Source of the DNA: Thalia democratica
Lineage: Eukaryota
DNA length: 64,000 nucleotides
Assembly: GCA_965202585.1 (NCBI GenBank)
Contig: OZ241827.1
Location: forward strand, 11,098,001 to 11,162,000
Reading direction: 5' to 3'
The position numbers were made by a program, and so were the translations under genes. The notes beneath the pieces are model-generated. The model searched no databases, was not told the origin of the DNA, and was given only the letters and a program-made list of their open reading frames with translations. Below are positions 27,301 through 39,300 of the stretch, piece after piece (position 1 is the stretch's first letter; each line of letters opens with the position of its first letter).

Positions 27301-30300
27301 TCAAGCCAATTGCTTTTAAGTTTGTACCGATAAGTAGTCGGTTTAAAAATAAATACTCTTTTTAGATAAAAAAAACTTGTTTACATTATTGTTTACATAC
27401 TTTTATAACAAATTAAATGTTTTAGTAACAAAATTTTCCTGTATTTAAATTAAAGTTTTTTTAGAAACATTAAATTAAACTTTGAGATAAATTTTACAAA
27501 ATCAAAACTGTAAAAAGTAAGTTTAATATGTTCTCTCTTTTTTCACAGTGGTTTTAACTCTTCAAAAGAAGGTTCAAAACTAAATCAACATAAAGAAAAG
27601 CGTAAGCTGTTTTTTTTTAATTTTTAAAGAAATGAATACGTGCAAAACTTTTATATAAATTTTTTTTGTAAGTAATGACGTTGTGCAATTTTAAACACAA
27701 TAACACATTTTAGCTAACAATTCATAATGGTATCAACTGTTAAAATTTTGTAAGTCTTTTTTTCAATGAATTTGTACGGACATTACGTCGGCAATAAATT
27801 AGTTTAAAAGTTTATTAAATCTTTTAGTTCTTATGTTTCTGAACAAGTTTTTAAGTAATTTTTAAACACAAAACTCAGATAATTTTCGTCTAGTTTTATT
27901 TTAATTGATTGTTTTGTTACTAAAAATTTAAATACTTTAATTATAAAAAAAAATTATGTAATAGCTCGTAAGAAAGTTTATAGACATGTGGTGTACGACA
28001 CGATAACCAAAAAGTTGCTTTTTACACCAGGTCTTTAGACCAAACTTTTTGAGCGCTTTAGACTAAAGACTAGTTTTAAAAAGCAAGTGTAAAAACTTTT
28101 AAAAACACTTTATAAATACTTATAAAACTTCACATGTTTATTTTAGTAAACTTTTATTTTAAAAATGGAAATTGACGCAGTTTAAAACTAGACAACTAAA
28201 TACTAAACTGTCATTAGTGAAAACGTTTTATCAAAAACAGAGCTTTCGTTATACAAAATGATTTGAAAATTGCAAATAATGTTTTTTAATTCAAAAACAT
28301 TGTTTTGCTTAAAACTTCTAATAAAGCATAATTTCAATAAAATTATATTAGTTTATACCATTTGTAAATATAATTATTAACGCATATTTGTGATATTAAC
28401 ATTTAAACTAATAAAAGCTGGATATACCAACACTTTTTTTGTAGCAGCAAGTATAAACTATTTAAACAAGTTAAAAGACAAAAAATAAAATCAAAATTTT
28501 GAATACAAAATTAGCTCACTTTATCTTTCATAGTGGATTCACTACTTTAAAGCATGCAACTCAGAAATTGAAATAATATATGCACAAGAAAAAAGTTATT
28601 TAGAAATTTCAAAAATTAAAATAGATAAAACTTACAAAAAATTTTTGCATAACAAATGACGTATACCATTTTAACCACAATAAATCTGTTGAACAAACTA
28701 CTTATAATTATATCAAACTACCTCAGTTTGATAACTTTTTGTTTTGATTAGTTTGTACTGACTTTGGTCGGTAAAAAAATATGAGTGATCAGCTTTATAA
28801 AGCAAGTGGACATACGTTTAAATTCTTGAAACAAATACTAACTTTGAACTTCACAAAATTATTTATTTAAGTTTCGTTTGTAAATTGAAGCAATTTTATA
28901 CTAAACATAGTGAAATGTCATTGAAGATAATTATATATAAAGTGTAAAGTTATATTCATAAAACATTATTTTAAGAGCTTAAAGTGCAAAAACTAGTTTG
29001 TGAATTTTTTTCTTAAAACATGATTTAAAATAAAAGTAAACTATATGCTATTGAAATATTAATAGAAAATCGCGTATAGAAATGTACTTTTATTAATAGC
29101 GAGTCTAGATTACTTAAAAAAGGTGTAAGTTTAAAAAATAGTTATAAACAACAATTTAATTGAAAACGAAATTACAACATACTATCCAAAATGGTCTGCT
29201 AATTTGAAAAACTAAACTTAAAATTTAAAACAATGTCTTATGAAAAAAAAAATTATCTTTTAAGAATTAAAATAGGTAAAATTTATATACAAACTGTTCC
29301 TTTAACTATTGACGTTTGACATTTTAAACACAAAAAGTCTATTGAACCAACTATTTATAACACTATCAATGTACCTCAGTTTGCTAAGCTTTATCTCATT
29401 TAGTTTGTACCGACTTAGGTCGGCAGAATAAATACGAGTGATCAGTTCAATAAAGCTAGTATACAGAGATTTGAATTGTTGTAAAAAATACTAACTGAAC
29501 TTTACTAAAATAATTAAGTAAACTTTTTTTTGAAAATTAAAGCAGTTTAATACAAAAATTTTACCCACTTTCATTAATGATAATTTGATAATTAATGATA
29601 ATAATTCAAGTATGAAGTATTTGTTATAAAACGTAATTTTAAAATTTCTAAAGGCAAACACTGTTCTTTAGTTCAAAATAAAAAGCTAAAAATTCCTAAC
29701 CAAACAAAATTTAAATTAATAGTAAATTAGGTCATACTATCTAATTTATACCATAAGTATTAAAAAATATCATTCTGACTTATAAAATCCCATAAATACA
29801 ATTACAAATTTAGTAACAGCAAACCTAAATTAATTAAACCAGATAAAAAAACAAGTACAAATTTTAAAAAAATTCAAAAAAACAACATAACATACTCTCC
29901 ACAATGGACTTACTACGCATGCAACTTATTTTTTTCTTAATATATATGCATAATATAAAATTTGCTTAGAACTTTCAAAAGCTTAATTACGTAAATTTCA
30001 TATACAATCTATTGCAATAGCAAATGACGTTGTATTGTTTTACATACAATAACTCATTTAATCAAAATAGTTATAGTGATACCAATCTAACAAAGTTCGT
30101 TGGCATGTATGTTGATTAGTTTGTACTGATTTAGGTCGGCAGAATAACTATAAGTGATTAGTTTATAAGGCAAGTTTAAACACGTTTGAATGACTATACC
30201 TGCTCATTCAGTTAACTTTATTATACTAGTCTTTTGCTTAAATTTAAATCAGTTAAAACTAATACTTAATACTAAACATTTTTATAAATATAAAGTCTTT

Positions 30301-33300
30301 GTTATAAACTCATAAGTTAAAGAAATTAAGATTCAAATACTAATTTGCTTTTGAAACGTTGAACAATTTTTCTTGAACTTTATTAGTACCAAACAAAACA
30401 GCAAACTAGTATTTACTAACTGACTTACAGTCTAAACTTATACAATAAACTTTCTTTTAGTAAAATACAAAATAAAAAGAAAAATCAAAATATTCTATCT
30501 GAAATAGCTTTTTACCAGCTAATAAAACTAAGTAACCACGCAAAAAAAAAAAAGGAAATAACTAACAATGTTAGTCAGTAGAACTAGTTTGGCTTAGAAA
30601 AGTTAACAAAACTAATAAATTAAATTAAACATACCTTCAACCTTCTTACTGACAGCTTGATCTTCTGACCCGACTCTCCAATACTCAACGTTGTAAAAAT
30701 CAACATTCTTGTGCTCATCTGAGAGCACCGATGTTTTCCAAGTAACTTCAGCTGATGTGCTGTCCTCGTTTACTCGAATGGACATTATTGTCGGCTGAGG
30801 CGTCTCAAGCTCCTCTGTTGGGTTGGAATTATGTTAGTTTGATTACTTTTAACTTAACGATTACATAAAAGTATTTGTTTTGCAAACAATTTCACATATA
30901 CTTTGACTTTTTAATAGTGTTTCAAAGTTTAAATTTATAGCTTGGTGAACTTTTTTTTTAGTTTATGTTATTGCAAATGGAAAAGTTGACAACGCAAAGG
31001 TAAAATTTAGTTAGAAAGTTAGAACAAGCTAGTAAGCAAACTTGTTCTGACGGTTTTAGTTACGGTTTCGCTTCTTGTCCAGTTCTTGTAGATATCGGTT
31101 ATTTCGAACTGAATATTTGTATTAGATGTGACATTGGATAAAACAAATTCCTTCTCAGTTGACCTTATTGTCTTGGTTTCTGTCTGTAAAATCGCAAGTT
31201 TTATTTACATTCGTAAAATAATAATATATTTATTAATAAACTAAATTTAGCATTTGAACTTTTATAGTGCTTTTTTCCTTTTAATAGTTAAAAAGACCTG
31301 TCGCTTTTAAATCAATGTTTGAAGTACGTTTTTTATTAAGACCTAACTGCTGCAATACACAATCATAAACTTAAAATTCATAAATCAAAACTTTTTTTTT
31401 ACTTTTTGTAAATGTTTAAAAATATCGTTGATTAAAAAGCTACTTCAAATTTTTTGATTTTTATAACAACATTATAGTTCTTAAGTGAGTAACACTCTTT
31501 GAATATACTTGTATAAATATTAAGAAAGCTTTGCTAGTGTATTTGGAAGTTGTGCTTTTCTATGTTGATTCTAAGTATATAAAAATATTATTACTTTTGT
31601 CGTTCCGTCTTTATAAAAGTAAGTGATTTTTATCTCTCGTTTGATCACGTTTTCGTTATTCAGAGAATGATTGCTGAATTTGATCACAATTCGGCTTGTC
31701 GTAGTTCTTATTGTTTGAACTGTTTCTGTTTTGTTTACAGTTGTTTCCGAGTTCTTGTTCCATGCGGCTGTGAATATTTACAAATACATTAGAATACTTA
31801 AACTCTACTAAACCTGTATGTTTATTATTGAAAATTGTACATCTAAAACTTCAGTTATTTCTACTTATATTATAAACAAACATTTTATTATATGAAAGGA
31901 ATGACTTTATTACATGAAATAATTGACATTTGTGATTCTTTAAGCTGTTTTCAAAATAAGTACAAAGTTATTCTTAGTGTTTATCAAACTAGTTTTGATA
32001 GAACACTGTAAAAAAAAAGAATAGTTCTAAAATAAATAGAGTTCTGAAGTTTACTTGGTAGTTAAGTAAATATTACGTAATAATAGAAGTTACAAGTTTC
32101 TCGATTACATTTTTCGGATTTTTTTTGCTAAATATTGATAAAGTTTTACTTCATTATTACAAGTATAAGACATTTATCAATTGTTATACACTTTAAAGTT
32201 AACTGAATACTAACTTTAGTTAATTACAATTTATATTAAAAGAAAACTAGTTTGTGACAAATAAATACAAAGACTTTTACTTACCTTTATAAGTGAAGAC
32301 ATGACTCAAAATATTGCTGACAATCTTCTGGTTTTTGTCAATGGCAACAATTCTTAATTGGTATTCTTTGCCATTTTCCAAGCCAGTTAATTGTAGTGAT
32401 GTATCTGTAAAGCGAGAAATTATTATTTTTTTAAAAAATGAATAAACTAGTTTATAGTTGTAAATAAATTATGAAGGTTATGTTGATAGTCTACAAATAC
32501 ATTATGGCTAAATTAATTTACGTGAACTAAATTATAGAAATATTTAGTAAACAACTAAATGCTTTTTAAATAAATGTTGTTAAAATTTGGTATTTACAAA
32601 TAAATTTTAAACATGTCGGTTACCTCAAAAACTTTAATATTTTAACAACAGCTTAAAGTATTGTTTATTCAAAATTTTGTACTTATTGAACATGTACTTA
32701 GTCGCTATTTTTTATAAGCTAGTTTAAGTAATAAACTGAAATCGAATTTGAAAGTGTTGAATTAAAAGTATAACGAAACATTTATTTCACATGAAAATGC
32801 AAAACAATACTACATAAATATGCTAACCTGCAGTGACAACTTCCTGGGTATCTGATCCGTCCATTTTGTGCACTACCACCTTGTACACATGATTATTATC
32901 GACCTTGCTACCCATGTTCAGCACTTCCCAGTAAATAGTGTTGCCTTGCTCGTTTTGTTCAATGTAGATGTCTCCTATCTCGATCTTCTCTGCTGTTTCT
33001 GCATAAAATGTTTTGTGTAATCACAAATATAAACGAATCTTTAAAGCTTTTAATCGCAATACTACGCTAGGTAAAGTATTTAGGAAATATTTCTAAGACA
33101 AAAGTAAAGACAAAACTTGACTAAAAGACCACAAACTTTGCAACTAAACCAAATGTTACTAGATTAACAGTTTATCACATATATTTATCTATATCCAGAT
33201 GTTAATTGATAAAAAGCTTTCTTTACTTACAACGTTTAGTAAAAATAAAAGTTATAATAAATATTGTACCGTAGACTTATTTTATATCAAACATAATTCT

Positions 33301-36300
33301 AGATGTCAACAATGTGTTAGAAAAAATAGACTCACTTAAATTCAATCATTAACTTACTTGTAACGAATGTTTTAGTGCTTCTTTTTCCAACATACTTCTT
33401 GTACTTGGGAGTAATTTCAAATGTGTACTCTGTGGCAAACTCAAGATCACTGAAAGTGTGCTCGTTTGTTGAAGCATCAAAAACAAGTTCTGTTCCCTGT
33501 TGTTGTTAGAATGTTGTGTTTATGTATGTTTGCTCTCAGTGTTATAATTTGGAGTAAAATATTATTAAAAAATGTTTTTAAAAAATTTCTATTGGTTGTT
33601 ACTTTTCTGTATATCTAAATTTCTGTATACTATCGTTACATAGCAACTCAATCATAAAGCTATTGTTAAAAGTTCATCGAGAGGAAAAATAAAATGTACT
33701 TACTTATGTTATTTCCAAACTGTAATATTTACCTATTGAAATTTTTTTCTAAACAGTTGTTAAAAAAAGCACAAATATACTAATTGGAAAAAGAAAACAT
33801 TATTACCTTATCACTACCAGTCTTCTTATAAATTGTATTTTAATCGTAATCGTAAAGATTAAATTAAACACTACTAATTAATATACAATAAGTTACACAA
33901 GACACACAATTTCAAAAACACTAAATATACTTCGAGCAATTCTCTTCAGTAGAGTACAATGCTAACAAATAATAAGATTTTACACACTTATATAGTAACC
34001 AAGAAATCATATAGTAATCAAGAGATACTAATTAAATAAAACACACTAGTGATACCTCTTTATCACTGCCGATCTTCTTGTAAAAGATCTTGTACTCGTA
34101 AAGACCCTCCTCCTCATCAACCGACCACTTAAGGGTGTTTGTCTCCTTGTCAAACTCCATAGTTGCCTGTCCTGCTTCCTCTGTGATATTTGATATAAAG
34201 TTTAATTTGTTGGACATATATATAAATAAATATATATATGTTCAACATATAAAATATATATATATATATCTGTGATAGTTTATTAAAAGTTTATTTTGCT
34301 GGATATGCGTATAAAGTTTAAAAACTGATAATATGTTTTCTTACTCTCTATATTTTAATTTTACATAAAGTTAATACTTATAAATAAAAACAAAAAAAAA
34401 CTAAAAACTTATACTTGGGAGTCGTCAACGGTTGTTACAGACTTAAAATAAAAACAATATAACATAAAATATCTAATTTTAATATTTACTATTATGTTGT
34501 TGTTTACAAACTTGTAGTGGCGAGGTCGTAAACTGTTATTCCTCTCAAATCGTCGTAAAAAGGAGTGACGTCAATTTCGTACTCGGTATCCGGTTGCAGT
34601 TTCCTGACCATCATTTCCGTTTCGTTCGCGTAAAATTCGTATGTTGTTACCTGTTTGATTGAATTTTTTGTTGAAATTAGTTTTTTGTTAACTTGTTGTG
34701 GTCTGTTAGAATTTGTTACAAATCTGCTAATAATAAAATTTTAAACTAATTCAATATTCGTAAAAAAAAAATCTGGTGAGCTATGACCTTCTTAAATTTT
34801 TTTTTTGTCCGCTTGAAACCGCTAAAGAGTAGTTTATATTATCATAAAAGTTGTGCACATTAGAATAATTAGTTTAATTTTTGTAGTTTTGCTTTAACTT
34901 TTTAAATCTTACAGTCTTAAATTTCAGATTAAAAAAAGAGCAAACAAACAAATTTTTGACTCACAAATCGTTTAACAAAAAAAAAAGATAAACGATAAAA
35001 ACAACTAATAAAGATAAAACCAAAAATGAAATAAAGTAAACTAAAAAAAAATATTTATGGTGTATGTGATGTTCTTCTGTAAACTACTACTTCTGTTACT
35101 GTAACATATTTAGTATATAATAGTTATAATAGGACTTCAGAAAAGTTTTACATAAATTATAAAAACTTTTTAATTTTTTTTTTAGTTTCAGTTTTTTTTT
35201 ATTTATGACACGTTACTAAAAATTTGTATTATTTAAAAAAACCAGGTAAAAATTTTTAGACTTGTGAGGAAACATTTTTTTTTTGAATAAACTTCAGTTA
35301 TAAAACAAAAGAAAGAGCAACCACAACTAACTTAGTGTGAGGTAACCTTTCAACAAACAATTACCTTATTGTAGACTGTTTGAAAACACATTCTACTACA
35401 GACGGTCGTGCCAAAAAAAGAAACATCTTGTCAAATTAATTTGATTAAAGCTGAAAAAATAAAACCGTCATGTCTCTCAACTGTGCGTATTACGTAGGAT
35501 TGATGTTTTAAAACAAAAAGTAACAATGCAGTCAGCTGTATTTAAACCTTGCTGAGAAATGCCACACAAATATACTGAAGAGCGAAATGGTAAACTTTTT
35601 TTGCGGGTTTGCCTCGAAAATGCTTTTAACGCATTTAAAACTTGTTAACCTTTAGAGGTGATGAAATTCATGTTGGGCTTTCGGAAAATTTGGAATTTAG
35701 TAAAATTTGTTGTTATTGCAGTAAATTTTAAATATCATAGTAAACAATGAACCTGTTAGAAAACAAAAAAAAAATTTTTATATATGTTTAAATATTTTTT
35801 TAGTTAACATAGATTATGTACAGGTTTAAATTCTTAAAAGTTTGTAAAAAAACATTGGTACAATTAGAAGAGTATGAATAAAACGCTTAACTTCTTTGTT
35901 TTTAACTGATAAGTGCCTAATACATTTGATATATGACCTAATATTCATGTGCTACTTACCTCAGTAGGATTAGCAGTAGTGAATACTTCAGCAAAATATC
36001 TTATTATACAACATGTTATTATACCACATATTGTATGTATATATTTCTAAATTTATAATATAATAACTTATAATATAATAGTTTATAATATTTTATGTAT
36101 ATATATCTAAATTTTACTTTAGATATATATATATATGTCTTAAGTAAAATTTCCCCTCAGTTGGGTTAGCAGTAGTAAACACTTCATTAAACTGTTTTAT
36201 TACACAACATATAAATATAATTTTATATATATACTAAGTAAAATATTTACTTCAGTTGGGTTAGCAGTAGTAAACACTTCCACTAAGTATTTTGTGATCA

Positions 36301-39300
36301 GATCCTTTTCACTGGTATCCTCCATTCCCCAGTTTAATTTTATGGATACCACGTTAGACTTCGTCTTCATCCACAAATCACCAAAGTCATCTGAATAATT
36401 ATTAATTAAATGTTGATATTTATATAAAGTATGGAAAACTTTTGTTACTTTTTTTTTCTAGTTACGCACTTCTTCTTCAGTACAACTTCTCGAGTCTAAA
36501 GACTAAATATTAAAAATAACATTTTTCTTTTAATAAAACTAAAAACAGTAAACTATGAGTACTTATGGGACCCGTTTAAAATGCGTTTTAACACTTGATC
36601 GAAATATTTAAAATGTTTTTGCAATATCTCACGTTGTACAATCATTAATTCAAACACTTTTGCTACTTTTTAGATTTGTAATGGTTTTTGCAGAATTTCG
36701 AACAATTTGAAGTTGAGACATTGTATTTTTACCTACCACGTAGAAGATTACTACATTTCTTTCATGCAAATTCATTAAGTAGAAAAAACTTCAAAATGTA
36801 CAACTTTAAATAATCTTAATCCTTTTGTGTTTTTAATTAAAACGGATGATAACTTGAGATACAAAGAGTTTTACTATCTGTTTAATTAGTTGATGGTCCA
36901 GTTAATTTCCAGACGTTTAAAAATGATAAGTAGCGTGATATATTTAAAACTAGTTGTATAATTGTCTGGAGTTTCAATTGGTTTCAATTTTGTTTTTCAC
37001 TGTTTCGTAAAATGTCAATACTTTTAGCCAATTATATTTAATAAATCATATCATGCCATACATATATTTATATTTTATGTAACTTGTTTACTTTTTTTGG
37101 AACTGATTTGAGTATAAGTAGAAAAAAAAAAAGTTCATTACAAACACTTTTAATACTTTTAGCTAATCAAATTATACTCACACGTTTTAAATGGTTTGTG
37201 AATTAAAAATTTGAACATGGTCGAATGTATAGTGAATCAAAAAATAAACAAAAATTTGTATCACAGAAAATTCTTACGCTCAGCATTTAAAAAGCCTAAA
37301 TATACTTATGAAAAATATTTAACAAAAACGATTAATCTTTTTTGTCACAGCTCGTATAATCGGCACTAAGTAACCAATAACCAAAGTTATACAAAAACTT
37401 TTATTGGTTATGCGAAACAAATGTAATAAAAGTACTACGAGTAAAAACAAAATTATTGTAAAAACACAATATTGCTTCTACTGTCTTCGATAAAATGAAC
37501 AAACACACGTTTTAGTTTCACTAGTACTTTCGTTTATTTAAACATTTTCAAGTGTTAAACGGCTTATACAAGGAGAAGACAGTAGAAGCAATATTGTATT
37601 TTTTACAAGAATTTTGTTGTTACTGGTTTTTTATAGTTTACTGTCTGAACAGAGGGGTTCTTATTGTCTTGGACAATGGAATTAAAAAATGGTTTAATAT
37701 TTATAAACTAGTAAAAATATTAAGAATACTAGATAATTTTAAACTTCTAAAAATATAAACAGAGTTAGTACTAAAAACTTTACTTGTAAAACCTTTAGTA
37801 AAACGAATTATAATAAGATTTAGATGACTCTAAGTTTTATCTTAAATAGTTTTAGTTTCATATCTTACAAATTAAGTTAATATAAATAATAGAATAGTTA
37901 TTTATTTTTATATTTTAGTAGTTTTTATTCGTAATAAAACGTAAATGGTAGGTGTCTCACTATCTAACTAAAAACATTTCTTATCAGTAACATTTTTATA
38001 ACATTTTAGCACAAAGGTTTATTAAACTGTTTTAAAATATATCGTCAATAGCTTATCATTTTCTTAAAAGTTATTTTAAGATAATAAAGATACTTGAACT
38101 ATAACTTAGCTACTATACGGATTTTAATCTACAATTTTGATATTCGTACTACATTTGTACTACAATGATTTTAATTACTTTATAAGCTTTAATGTTAGAT
38201 TTGAGGTATAAATGCGGTTAAAAAAGCTTATAGCTTAAAAGACAATTAAACTACTTTAATCCGGTTTATGAACTTTACCTTTAAAAGTGTTGACTTTTTA
38301 AGTTTTAGGCGATTATAAAAATGTTTGAAATTTACTTAAAAAATGAAGTAAAGCATAGGAAGAAAAAAAAAACTTAAAAGTTTAAAAGTTCATAGATTTT
38401 ATTTGCTTTAACAAAAAAACTGACAGGTAATTAATTTAATAATTTAGTTTATTAAAACTAAATACTGTTTCACACATTTTAAACATTTCTTACAGCTTTT
38501 AAATTCGAATGATTTATTCTTTTAAGTAGAGATAACGTGAACGATATTTTACAACAATTAGTAGTCATAGTTTTCTGAGGTGTAAAAATCTTAGTTTTTT
38601 TAAACTAATTTTTGTAAAAACTTCGTCGAACTGTGCTGGTCATAGTACACAGTGAAACGTTTTTAGTATCTAATGAGTTAAGTACTTTTAAAACTCTAAA
38701 ATTTTAATCTTGTTTGTTTAAACCTTTTATCGGAAAAAATTAGTAACAACTAATAATTTTAAACATTATGTTTTATTTTGATCGAATCACGGTGCTTACC
38801 AGTATCAGCAGTAAGAACTGTTCCGACTCCCTTGTTGTTTCCGTAAATCGGAGTGATTGTGACGTCATACTTGGATTCCGGAAGCAAGTTCTCGATCTTC
38901 TGAATTCGCACGTTCTTTTGAACGAATGTTGTGAATCCCTGTAATTAAGAATATTTTATAAATAATTTTACCTTTAAAATTTTTTTTAAGTAAAATAGTT
39001 TGCATTTTTTCCCAAGAACTCAAAGTTAGCTACAAAAACAGCTAAAGTTTAGGTTTTTGACAAAACTATCCTAAAGTTATCTAACTTAAAACAGTTTTTG
39101 AAAGAGTTGTAGATTGATTGCTATAAAAGTATACATTATTTTTAGGGTTCTAAACATAAAAACAAGTTAATAATTACTAAAAAAATTAAAATCTTTATAC
39201 TAATTTAAAGCTAGTTTTAATTACTACTTCTACTAAATTATTAAATAGAAAAACGCTAGTATTCTTGCGAATAATTTAAATGTTAAACTAAATAAACTTA

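Noticed and set aside
34411-34445. Possible 27-nt microexon, or decayed copy of the exon 18 end
   Set aside because: It gives a stop in the required phase, and the similarity is too weak to call
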